Assembly: GCF_009914755.1 (NCBI RefSeq)
Contig: NC_060938.1
Origin: the human T2T-CHM13v2.0 reference genome, Homo sapiens
DNA: 64,000 nt
Reading direction: 5' to 3' (one strand)
Below the pieces are notes generated by a model. That model made no database searches. It saw only the letters and a list, made by a program, of their open reading frames with translations, and had not been told where the DNA came from. Both the position numbers and the translations under genes were made by a program. Shown here piece by piece: positions 40,200 to 55,740 of this stretch; positions within the stretch are counted from its first letter, which is position 1; each line of letters opens with the position of its first letter.

Positions 40200-41120
40200 A
40201 TCCATTCATTTGTTTTTATGCTCATATAACAAATATTTTTGAGCCACATACAAGTACCATATGAAGAGCACGTAGCAGTAAATAAAACAAGCCTTGTCCC
40301 TATCTTCATGGAACTCACAGTCACCAAGGTATACATGCAGGAAACAAGTAAATAAATAAAGTTTGCAATTATATAACTCTATGTGCATGGAGAAAAAAAT
40401 AAGGGTCAGTGAAGGAGAGTAATGGAGAGACATATTTAGATAGGGTCGTGTGTTAATTAGGGCCCTGGCAGGAAGAGATGGCAATCTCAAATGTTGTAAC
40501 TTAGAGAAAGACTGTTCAGTGAAAAAGTGTGTAGAGGATTGAGGGAAACCAGCAAGAAATAGCGAGGGTCCTTGGAGGGAAGCAAAAGAAAAGCTAGCAA
40601 TTGCTGAGAGTCTTTTCCAACCTCAAAGGATGAGAGGAGGAAGCTGAGGTGGCAGAGAGCATCCTCTTGACAGAAGCTTTCAGTAGAGGTACAGAGGCCA
40701 CCAACATGACTCTTCAGAGAGGGAGTCCAGGGGATAAACCCCCTGACTTCTCTCCAGCCTCTGACCTTCTGCCCCCAAGAAGAAACTGGAGTCATGAAGA
40801 ACTGTCAATGCCTCTCTGAACACAGGACAGGGTGAAAAGTGGATTTCAAGTGCATTTAGAAAATATCCAACACAGGCAATCAAGAAAGGTTTTTCTGGGA
40901 GGCAGATCTGTAAGTGAAGGACAAACACTGGGGAAGGAGCCAACCGAGAGAAGTCAGGGAAGGGCATTTGAGACAGTGGTGACTGCACGTGCAAAGGTCC
41001 TGAGGAAAGAAAGAGTTCAGTGTGACAAGAGACAGAAAGGAGGTCAGCAGGGCAGGAACACAGTGGATGAGGCTGTGGAAGAGCAAAATGAGTTTCGAGG
41101 TGTTCTCAGGGGCCATTGAT
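40200..41120 (-). mobile_element. L2 3' region with an old MLT1-like LTR inserted (about 40449-40810)
   Basis: cattcatttg...aacaaatatttttgagc; tgtccctatcttcatggaactcacagtc; tgcaaaggtcctgagg. Confidence 0.7.
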
Positions 41121-41338
41121 CTACCCAGGTCCTAAATCAAACAGGGACATTTTTCTTCCCACCAACTGAGTGCTGGCCCCTGTTTTTCGACCCCTCCCCT
41201 CGACTAGTATAGGCTAAACACATGGATTTAATGTAAGTTAAAACCTAGGAAACCTCCTGAAACTTCTGTGTGTTTCCATATACCATTCCATTTGTCTGAG
41301 ATACTGATTCTTCTGCAGCCTACACCCAGTGCTAATGC

Positions 41339-41562
41339 CAAGACAAAGCTTGACTATCACAGTTCCTTGAAATCAGTATATTGGAGAGAAGGAGGGTTAT
41401 CTTAAGCATTGCCAGGTGTCTTAAGCATTGCCAGGTATTGACATATTGGAGAGGAGTATTTTAAGCACTGCCATGCTTGATATTTTCAAGATAAAGCTTG
41501 AAAATCACCTTTCCTTGAAGTCACCATATTGGAGAGAATGAGGGGTATCTTAAGCATTGCCA
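41339..41562. repeat. Compound tandem duplication (two 76-bp units plus internal partial copies)
   Basis: (c/t)ttaagca(t/c)tgcca occurs four times (41401, 41420, 41460, 41549). Confidence 0.9.
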
Positions 41563-41589
41563 TTTACATTATTTCCCAATAAATATAAT

Positions 41590-41912
41590 GTAGGCTGCCT
41601 ATACCTCCCTGCCTCTTTGTTGTTGAGCTTGGCCATGTGATTTGCTTTGGCCAGTGGACTATTAGCAGATGTGATACAAGCAGAGGCTTCAAATGGGTTT
41701 GTGTGATTTGGCTTGATGGCCTACAGTCCTATGATCTCCCATGAGGACAGCATGTCCCAAGGATGCACGAGTCAACCTGAACCCAACTGGAGTCCAGCTT
41801 GGCCCTGCCATATTCAGCCTAGATCAGCCAAACTGCGGCTGACCTGCTGGCCCATGTTTGTCACACAGCATCAGCTGAGATGTTTGTTTCTCAGCAAAAA
41901 CTGACTAATACT
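41590..41912 (+). mobile_element. MLT1I/J-like LTR fragment
   Basis: gagcttggccatgtgatttgctttggcca; ctcagcaaaaactgactaata. Confidence 0.7.
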
Positions 41913-43399
41913 AAGTTTCTGGCAGATGTGTGGGAGACAGAGGCTGGGGCTGGTGAACAAATACAGGCAGGCTGGAGTGATTTCCAGCATATCAGACAAC
42001 ACATACCATTGTGTCAGAAAATGACTGGCTGTCAGCTTCCTGGTGCTTCATCGTTTTGTTTTCAGCAAGTTTGTGCATGTGAGAGGGCTGCACTTCACGG
42101 AAAATGACTATTCCAGAGCCAAGGAGATTTTACTGGCATCAGAAATATTGGATTCATGTTTTTCTTTTTAGTTGTTGTCCAAATTGTTAATTCCAAGTGT
42201 TATAAACTGCCAAGATCCTGCTTCCTCCTCAGGGTCCCCATGTGTTGGATAACTGCAGTTATTTGTATACATGCCTTTACACCCTCAATGCTTCTCTTTA
42301 TAAATCAGACGGGCTGGCCCTTTGAGCATTCTTCACATCACTTTTGCCTGCCCCCTCTGTAGCTCCCAACCCATCTGGCTACATCTGGCTCACACTTCAC
42401 CAAACTGCTTCAGACATGAGCTCACCAGAGTTCAAGAGAGATACCAGAAACCCTCCACTGGATGTTTGAAACAATACATAACTCAGGTGAAATGCCACAT
42501 GCTTTCCCTTGGAAACACCTGTAAAAGAAATTGAAAATACATGTAAATTATCTAGCTTCTCCATGTTTCCACTGAGCCCAAAATCCATATAGCCAAAGAA
42601 ATGGCTCTAATAGCTTCAGAAAAAAAACCATGCTAATGTACTACTCACGAGCTCCCTGAAAAGCCTACTATGCATCAGACACTGTGCCTGGGACTAGGAG
42701 GAATATTTTTTAAAACCACCAAATTCCCTGCCCTTGAAGAGTTAATGGATTACAAAAACAAAAAGTCTTAAGCAAAGGCTACTACTGAGAACAATGATTG
42801 GCAGTGAAAATTGGCTCATCAACTGGCCAAGCTTTTTACAGTATGTCATTGAATCCCTGAAACAGTACCCATATTATAGTCGGAACGACTGAGTCTTGGC
42901 AGCATCTAAAAAGTCACCTAAGGTCAAGCAACCTGTAAGTGGTTGATGTGAGACTTATCCTGGTTCCTGACTCTGTTTGACCCTGAAGACCATGTACATA
43001 GCCACTGCCCTTACTTCCTCTCCAAGGTCATAACGCAATTACAGAGCCCCAATAAAAGCATTTACCAAGCAAGATAGCCTTACAGTGGAGAAAGTGGCTT
43101 TCTAGGGGAGGAGAGAACCATATATCAAGGAAGATGAACAATGTGCAGGGTATTAGAGAATGCACCAGGTTTTACACATGGAAATGAAAGGAAAAGGAAC
43201 GGTATTTGCAAAAGCATAGAGTTGAGAAAGGGCATGGACCAGTAAAGGAGGTTACAGAAAAGGATGTGAGGTGTATGGCAACAAAGAGGAAAGGATGATG
43301 GAAAAAAAGAGATAAAGAGCTACACTGGTACCAACTAAAAAGGACCCTGGAGCATCTTGCAAATTAAGTGAGTTGTTAGTGCCCTTATAGGAATCATTT

Positions 43400-43960
43400 T
43401 TTTCTTTTATTTTGTCACCTGATCTCTCCCAGTTTGCATTTTTTTTGAAAATGAATCTCATTTTGCTGTTTATTACCCATATATTGAGCCTGTCTATATC
43501 TCTTGGAATAAATTCTATCCATCATTCTTATTGGATTTATTCCAGCACCACCCCAGTTTGTATAATTTGCAAATTTCATTAACATTCTCTTTGCTTTGTC
43601 CTGGAAACCATTAATAACATTGTTGCATATGATCAGGCTTAACACCAATCTCTTTGGCACCCCTACTAATCAACTACCCCTTGCTGGATGTCATGCTATT
43701 CATCACCATGCCTTGTTTACAGACCCCCTGAAAATTATCAATCCCTATGACATTGTTCACATCCAAGCCAGTGTCAGTTAATTTCATAAGTAAAATTTTG
43801 TGATGTGGTATCAAATGCATTACCAAAATCAAGATGTATTGCAGGGACTTTGTTCCCTTTCACTATGAATTTTAAATAGCTTTCAGGTTGCTCCTGGATG
43901 ATTTATTCGTGGCAACACCAAGCGGCTTATTCACTGATGATTCCATTACTTCTTAGATGT
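43400..43960 (-). mobile_element. CR1/L3 LINE reverse-transcriptase relic
   Basis: Minus-strand translation LVLSLIICNNVING...LMKFANYTNWGG...KKCK parallels CR1 RT SVLGPVLFNIFIND...KFADDTKLGG...KCK; catalytic DD lost. Confidence 0.85.
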
Positions 43961-44429
43961 TCCGGGCTATTTTCCTCCATACACTTAAACTTACTAGAGG
44001 TAATCCCAGGATCATTCCTCTTTTGAAAAAATAAGTGAATGTATTTGTTGTTAGCATGGACTTCTATGGTCTCTACAAATATATGAAGTAATTTTAAAAA
44101 GCAATTCCTTTTCTCCTTGACTGGCAGCTTTTATGAGGTAGGTAGGTGCCTCCACCAGCCTTGCTGCTTATGGATAAAACGTCATGTTTTAGGGTGCTCC
44201 TTCCGGCCTATCTACCCCCTCTATCTTGGAATTTCCTCATTAATTCATCCCCGGGTGCAGATAGTATACACTGTGAAATACTCCAGCCAATGTACCTCAC
44301 TGCCAGCTAGTGACCCTAAATGCTGCTTTAGGGACATAAATGAATCCAAATGCAGGTGACTAGGTCTAGAAATCTGCTGTTTAAACATCATAATGTATCC
44401 AGAACCTGAGCCCATATAGCATCATGGGG

Positions 44430-44753
44430 TTTTTTTTGTTATTGTTTTTGGTTTTGAGACAGAGTCTCACACTGGTGCCCGGGCTGCAGTGCAATGGCAC
44501 AATCTCGGCTCACTGCAACATCCGCCTCTGAAGTTCAAGCGATTCTCCTGCCACAGCCTCCCAAGTAGCTGGGATTACAGGTGCCCACCACCACACCTGG
44601 CTAATTTTTTTGTATTTTTAGTGGAGACGAGGTTTCACCATGTTGGCCAGGCTTGAACTTCTGACCTCGTGGTCTTGAACTTCTGACCTCATGATCCACC
44701 TGCCTCAGCCCCCCAAAGTGCTGGGATTACAGGTGTGAGCCACCGTGCCTGGT
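44430..44753 (-). mobile_element. AluS with 22-bp-period internal duplication
   Basis: cttgaacttctgacctc twice (44652-44668, 44674-44690). Confidence 0.95.
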
Positions 44754-45213
44754 CAGAATGTTTTTTTTTGCACTTTCTGCTCATTTGTCCCTGCCTGTGA
44801 CTCCTCACCTTCACTGCCATTGACAGGGCATTTGACAGAGAATAAGATCTAAGTATGAACATCAACAATTTATATCCAAATGTCCCTTTTGCCTCAAAAC
44901 AAAAAAGGAGAAAATAAGAGTGGGAAAAGCAAATGAAGAGAGAGAAAATGAAGCAGCAATTGGTTGGACACTCTTGTGAGAAGGAACAGCTTATCATGAA
45001 TTACACCAAAACTCAAAGTGGGTCTTGGTAGGGCTTCAATGATTTCCAAAAAAACACTCTGAAATGATCCAAGTTACATCTCCCAAGTACTTTACACAAG
45101 CACTTGGCTGCCTGGTGGACACAGATACGGGTTTTCCCATATACATCTGCAGAGATCAAACTGCAGCAGGCATTTGTTAAGAGCTGCCCTAAATGCTTTT
45201 TTGAGTAAGCTTC

Positions 45214-46073
45214 GTATATTATTCAGGGTTCCAATATCCTTGATATGGTTTGGCTGTGTCCCCACCAAAATCTCACCTTGAGTTGTAATAATCCCCAAGT
45301 GTCAAGGGTGGGGCCAGGTGGAGATAATTGAATCATGGGGGTGGTTTCCTCACACTGTTCTCGTGGTAGTGAATAAGTCTCATGAGATCTGATGGTTTTA
45401 TAAATGGGAGTTCCCCTGCACACACTCTCTTGCCTGCCGCCATCTAAGAAGTGCCTTTGCTTCTCCTTTGCCTTCCACCATCATTGTGAGGCATCCCCAG
45501 CCACGCGGAACTGTAAGTCCATTAAACTGCTTTCCTTTATAAATTACCCAGTCTCTGCTATGTCTTTATTAGCAGCATGAGAACAAACTGATATAATCCA
45601 ATTGGCTCTATTTCTCTGGTTCTCTTTCTTTCTCTCTCTCTCTCTCCTCTCTGATTTGTTATGAGAAAATGGATCATATAATGATGGAGGCTGAGAAGTC
45701 TGACAATCTGCCATCTGGTAGCTGGAGACCCAGGAGAGTCAGTGGTATAGCTGCAGTTGAGTCTGAAGGCCTGAGAACCAGAGAAGCTGACAGTGGAAGT
45801 CCCAGTCCCAGAGCAGGAGAACACCATTGTCCTGGCTCAACAAGGCAGGTAGGAAGGGGACAAATCCTCCCTCCCTCTGCTTTTTGTTCCATTCAAGCCC
45901 TTAATGGATTAGATGATGCCCGCCCACACTGGGGAGAGCCATGAACTTTACTGAGCCAACTGATTCAAATGCTGATCTCATCTGGAAACGCCCTCATAGG
46001 CACACCCAGAAATAATGTTTAATCTGTGTACCCCATGACCCAGTCAAATTGACACATAAAATGAGCTTTCACA
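45214..46073 (-). mobile_element. MLT2 LTR interrupted by THE1
   Basis: tattcagggttc...atggaggctgagaagtc...cagtcaaattgacacataaaat. Confidence 0.88.
45241..45595 (+). mobile_element. THE1 solo LTR
   Basis: tgatatggtttggctgtgtccccacc...; TSD ATCCT/ATCCA. Confidence 0.93.
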
Positions 46074-46509
46074 TTGGCTTTCCTCTACTCCATGATGAAC
46101 AGCTGTGGGGCCTCAACCCATCCTTGGGAGACTCTGAGATGAGTCAAATATGTTTTTTAAAAATTATGGATACATCTTTATGCATGTATGTAAGTGTGTT
46201 TATGTATTCTTGACCTCTAGCTACCTATAATGCACTGTGACTGTGTTCATGGTGACTGAACTTTTGCCAGGGCTGAACCATAGAAAATCTCAAATGAGCC
46301 TCTCTCATTCTGGTACGTGAAGTATATGGTTTTCACTTGAACTCAAATCTTCAAGCCTAAGTCTTGCCAGGGGACATGGTTGTCCCCATGGTGATGTCTG
46401 TGGTCTGGGGCCACTTCTTGATCTGCTGGACTCTCTAGGGCCACCTTGGCACACTCCACACATACTTTGATCCCAGATCCTGTAATGAGATCAAAGTACT
46501 TCACCTTCA

Positions 46510-46667
46510 CATTCACCCATTCATTTATTTTTCAGCTGTGTATCAAATATCAACATGCAAGTCATGGTACTAGACATTTTGGTGCTCCCAAAGATGAACA
46601 TGTTTTTGTGTCTGCCCTCCAGGAGTGAGAGTTAAGATGGGAAACCTCATATGACACAAATATACAT

Positions 46668-46703
<36 letters not shown>

Positions 46704-48100
46704 CAAATATGGTGCAATTGGTATTGCAGACACGAGACTGTGAGAATTCAGAGGATGAAGAGACCACAACTGGTCTTGGAAAATCCTTCTAGGCTTCATG
46801 AGGGAGGTCAATTTTAAAGGAACAATCTGGAAGTTGAGATGGGGAGGAAAGTTTTGCAGCTGGATGGGTGTTGGTCCATGTCGACTCTGGAACCACTCAG
46901 AGAACAGTGAGCAGGCGGATGAAGTGGCCTGAACTTGAACAAGTGCCATTACAGGAAATGAGTGGGGCTGGGATCTGGAAGGCCTTGAAGGTCAGGCTGA
47001 GCTTGAGTTTCATTCAAGAGGCATAAATGGCTTTGAGGAGGTGTGTAATTTAGTCTGTCTTTAGAATTGACCTGTTGAACAATGTTTCCAAATCCTGTGT
47101 GAAGTTTTGCTCTTTATGCCCTTTATGAATTCATTCATGAATGCATAATTTTATAGCACTTTACTAAGTGAAAGGTGGCATAAGGGAACCCATACAAAGA
47201 CAAATCATATACATGTAGAATTTAACCCAGTTGAACCTGTTTCATTTACTGACATTCCCTTCTCCCTTGCCTTCTAGCAGGACACTCTCCCCTGGCCCTC
47301 CTCTGGCTCTCCTCTGGTGTCCTTGAATACCCTTCTCTGTCTCCTTCCTCCTTTTTTGTCCCTCTGCTTGCCTTTATACCTTAGTCCACTCCAGAACTTG
47401 CCCCTTGCCCCTTCTCCTTTTACACTTCATTGTCCCTTTAAAGAAGCTCTTCTATTTCCACAGCTTCAACCACCACTTACATGGCAATAACTACTGTCTG
47501 GCATCAACCTCTCCTCTGACCTCCGACTGACATTTTCCAATGACTCCTAACTACATCCACCAGTACACACTTCAAAAGCAATATGTTCAAAGCCAAGGTC
47601 ATTTTCATCCCCTTCCAAAATCTACCCCTGCCTGACTCCATTTTCTGTGTGATTCCCTATCTTAATTAACAATATCACTGCACACTACAGTGTTCACACT
47701 AAAGATATGGAAAATTTTCTGAATCCTAGTTCTCCTTTAATCCAATATGCTACTGATACTACTATTCAAACATCTGTGGAGTCCATACTCTTTCTCCATC
47801 CCAATCTGAGTGTGTCAACATCAGTTTTCTAGAGAGTCAACTGAAGATTTCGAAGAGGGATGACATCCAATCTGCACTTTAAGGAATGTGTAGCCACCCA
47901 GTAGAGAAAGAAAAGGGAAAATGGCATTCCAGATATTAGGAGCAGTATAAGCTGGCCCAGTGGTATGATGAAGCAGGGTCCTTGAAGTTTGATGTGGAAG
48001 TAGAGATGGGCTTGTGTGTAGGAGAAACAAAGGCTGGGACTACAGAGGGGACAGCAGCCAGGTGAGGAAGTGTCTTGTTCACTAGGCTAAGTAGTTTGGA
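46510..48100. mobile_element. L2 fragments in both orientations; (CA)n at 46671-46700
   Basis: cattcacccattcatttattt...tctgccctccaggag (minus); pyrimidine-rich plus fragment about 47240-47810; minus fragment about 47820-48100. Confidence 0.65.
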
Positions 48101-48229
48101 TTTCTGCCTCTTTGTCACTGCCACACTAGTTCTGGGAGGGGGATAATGTCTTCTATGAGAAAAATCATACCACCCAGCTTGTACTATGACAAGTGTGGGA
48201 TTCAAATTCACTTTAGATACATGGTTCAG

Positions 48230-48920
48230 AAATATCAAACAGGGAAATTAACATCAAACTGGTCATGGAACAGTGAAACTTCTGGGTCCTCTAGGAAAAA
48301 AAGAAGGTGATTGTCACAATCAAATATACAGCATTTCCACAGAAAAACAACCGCCACTGGAAATAAGTTCATAATCAAAACTTTAAAATCCCAAGACATA
48401 TACCATCCTAAGCAGAATCAGCAGTTGCAATAAACAGTAGAACTGGCACTCCAAGAACAGTAAGTGCCTACAATACCTAAATAACTATAATTGGTATGTT
48501 TAAAATCATTAAAGAGAACAAACAAAAAAATAAATAACAAATGTTAGAATAGAACATTAGGTTTTTTTAAAAAAATTGATTTCTAATAGAATCTAATAAG
48601 ACTGCAAAAATGCAAAACACAGGCAATGAAATGAAAGATGCGGTGGGCAAATTAAACAACAGATTAATGAACTAGAAGGCATTGCTCAGTAACCACGCAG
48701 GATGTGCACAGGCATCTAAAGAGATGGGCAATATAAACAAGAGGGTCAAAAATGGAGTGAATTGAATGAAACCATCTAATTTATATCTAATAACTCTAAT
48801 TTACAGGAGAACATAAAGACAGGGGAAAGGCAATAATGAATTTCCTAGGATTGAAGAAGTTTAAGTTCCCAGATTGAAAAATTAAAGTGACTTCTAATCT
48901 TTATCAATAAAAACAATTAC
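48230..48920 (+). mobile_element. Old L1/HAL1 ORF1-like fragment
   Basis: A-rich degenerate motifs aactataattggtatgtttaaa, attaaacaacagattaatgaactagaag. Confidence 0.5.
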
Positions 48921-48938
48921 AGGAAACTATTCTTTTCA

Positions 48939-50360
<1,422 letters not shown>

Positions 50361-50370
50361 GTAGGGAAGC

Positions 50371-50420
50371 AGAGAGGAAAGAAAGAAAGAAAAAGAAAAG
50401 AAAAGAAAGAAAGAAGGAAA

Positions 50421-50482
<62 letters not shown>

Positions 50483-50735
50483 GAAAAAGAAAGAAAGGGA
50501 GGGAGGGAGGAAAAGAAAGAAGAAAGAGAGAAAGAAGAAAGAAAGAAAGGGCAGGGCAGGGAAGGGATGGGAAGGGAAGGGAAGGGCAGGGAAGGGAAGG
50601 GAGGAAGAAAGAAAAAGAGAGAGAGAAAGAAAGAAAGTGAGAGAAAGAAAAAGAAAGAAAGAAAGAGAAAGAAAGGGAAAGAAAGAAAAAGAAAGGAGGG
50701 AAGGAGGGAGGGAAAGAGGGAAGGAAGAAAGAGGA
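50371..50735. repeat. Compound polypurine microsatellite (GAAA)n/(GGAAG)n/(GA)n
   Basis: About 365 bp almost entirely A/G on the plus strand. Confidence 0.97.
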
Positions 50736-52499
50736 ATAAGTGATTATCATTTCATTGAGATTTAGCTCCTGGTAGACTTATGTCTCTGCAGACAAATTTG
50801 TATCTTTCAAGACAATAGAAAAATTATATAACTCATCTCTAATCTTAGTCTTACCTTGCTTTAAAAAATACATGAAAGTCATCCTATTCCAAGGTTGTCA
50901 AATATTACAACATGGGTGGCTGAAAACCTCACTACTTAGTTTCCTTCCAATCTTCTAACCCTTGTTTTATTCCTCATTGTGTTTCCAATAAGCATCTTTA
51001 GAGCTCTTATTAAGCGGACAGCAGAGTTCAAGCCAGGGAAAGGATAGCACTCCAACCAAAAAACAACATCTCAGCAAATTAACAAAATAATTTATCTAAC
51101 ATCCACCCCTCCCAGAGAAAACTGTGTTGAAGGGATTCAAACATAAAGTGGCCTGCCTGACACTCTCAGTTACAGATTCTTTTGATGGGTAAATGTACAG
51201 GGCTTGATTCTTTGCCTAAAGCTCTTTCTATCAAGTATGATTAGCTAAATTCAACAGATAGTCACTCATTAAAGCTCAGGGAATTGTCTTCATTTTTGTT
51301 TTGCTTGTTTGTTTGTGTGTTATAAGGAGAGAAGCAGAACAAAGAGTTCACCCCATTTGATAGTGACTGAGTGATATTTATTTATGAATACAATAGGGGC
51401 TCAGGGAAGAGATTTTAATGGGAGAAGCAGAAAAATACAGTATTAAAAACACCATTTAGAGTCATGATTTATTTCCCTGATTAGGATTTTCTTCCCTTTC
51501 CTGAAGAAAAGCGTTTATCACCTGAGATGCACCATTTGGAAAAGAAAACAGGAGAATGTATTTTTAAACCACAAATTTCCACCATGTTCACCCCTCGCAT
51601 AAATGAGCAGCCCTAGACTTTGCAAGAAATATTAAAGTTCATTTAAATTGCAAATCTGACCTTATTAAAATGTCTTTCTCAAAGAGCCACAAACAAATAG
51701 AGAGAGTTGGTAATACTGCCAAACAAAAGAATACATTGTCAACCAGTTCTGTAATTAAAGTGGTAAAACAGAATTTTCACAGTTCTGAATGACTCAGAGA
51801 TGGACGAAGAAAACATGTTATGACAATAAGTTAAGGTGGGGAGAATGTATCCATCTGGAAGGTCCCTTCAATAAATGTCTCAGTACAATTACTCTTTGAA
51901 AGTCAATAAAACCTCTTATGAACAGCTTGGAAATGTTATTATATTGTTGCTAATTTAATGTGTTTTGAATGCTTTTCCTTCAACTACCACCTTCCCTCTT
52001 ATTGTTGGAAGCACAGCCATTAAGATTTACTATGTTTGGGGTAAGCATAAAAATGAAACAATTAAGAATAAGCTTAAATCTGTGAATGGCTCAAAAGAGC
52101 TGATAAATTTCAAAATTAAAAGCCAAACAAATAGGCTGGGCTGATTACTGAGTTTATGGGAAATCCATACCTGAAGGTATATTTAAATCAGTGGATTGTC
52201 ACCAAGCAAATGGTTTCCTTTTACTTAGAAAAATAATCCAAAGTGCAGAAGGCCACACAAATCAGATGGGGTTTAGATGGATCTTAACTTGGATTTAGCT
52301 GAGTTTAGAAACTGTGGATTTACGGCTAAGTAAGTGCTTCCACAAAGATCCAGGGAAGAGTGATGAGTTTTAAAAAAAGACAAAGTGAAGATGGAGATGG
52401 ACCACAAACAATTCAAGCTCTCCACTGACTTGATATGAGATCATCAAAAACACAATAACTGCTTTACACTTCATTATGTTCTATTTAGATGTGATTTTT

Positions 52500-54775
<2,276 letters not shown>

Positions 54776-55112
54776 TAAAATGTTTAAAATAAGCTTTTGA
54801 TGCTTAAGTTTGTCATGCCTCTAAAAGGTGATGAGGTAGGTCTGTTTGTATGTGTGTGTGCACGTGTACATATGCATCTATATTTTGAAGGCATTTTATT
54901 TTTCATATGTATTCTCTAAGACATTAATGATTCCAAGTCCCTTTTGCAGGGAGGAGTTTGTACCTCAGACAAGCTGTAATTCAACCCACAGACTTACATC
55001 TCTTGAAAAACCACTGCATTTGCTCACCAGCTCTTGGTAAACAGACCTGCTCCCTGAAGGGTGCCATTTGCCAACTTCCTATGTTGTCCCAGAATAAAGA
55101 GTATATAAGGCC

Positions 55113-55527
55113 TGTGTTAGTCCATTTTGAATTGCTATAAAGGAGTACCTGAGACCGGCTAATCTATAAAGAAAAGAGACTTATTTGGCTCACAGTTCTG
55201 CAGGCTATACAAGCATAACACCAGCATCTGCCTGGCTTCTGGTGAGGCCTCAGGAAGCTTTTACTCATGGTGGAAGGCTGACGGGGAGCAGGCGTGTCAC
55301 GTGGCTGACAAAAGAGGGAGCAAGAGAAGTGCGAGGCCCTTTTAAACACCCTGCTCTCATGTGAACTAATAGAGCAAGAGCTTCCTCAGTACTGTGGGGG
55401 TGGCACCAAGCCCTTCATGAGGGATCTACCCTTAGGACCCAAACAACTCCCACTAGGCCCCACCTCCAACACTAAGGATCACATTTCAACATGAAATTTG
55501 GAGGAGACAATCATCTAAACCATATCA
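55113..55527 (-). mobile_element. MSTB-type solo LTR
   Basis: tgtgttagtccattttgaattgctataaagga...aaaccatatca; TSD AGGCC/AGGTC. Confidence 0.92.
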
Positions 55528-55539
55528 AGGTCAAAATTC

Positions 55540-55740
55540 TAACATCAAGTTCAAACTTTACAATATACAGTCCTAAGTCAACTTAGATATGTTCCTTAAC
55601 CTCTCTGTGTCTCGAGTGCTTTATCTGAAGTGAGAAAAATAACTCCTATCCCCTGTGGTTTTTAGAAGAATAAATGAGATAATGCAGGAGAAAGCTTGAG
55701 TAAACTGCAATCTGTAGCTGCGGTTGCTGCACCTACCACT
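55540..55740 (+). mobile_element. MIR
   Basis: ccttaacctctctgtgtctc...gaataaatgagataatgca. Confidence 0.7.

Noticed and set aside
41339-41562. CRISPR-like repeat-spacer appearance
   Set aside because: Eukaryotic context, irregular spacing, spacers homologous to each other, and no cas genes.
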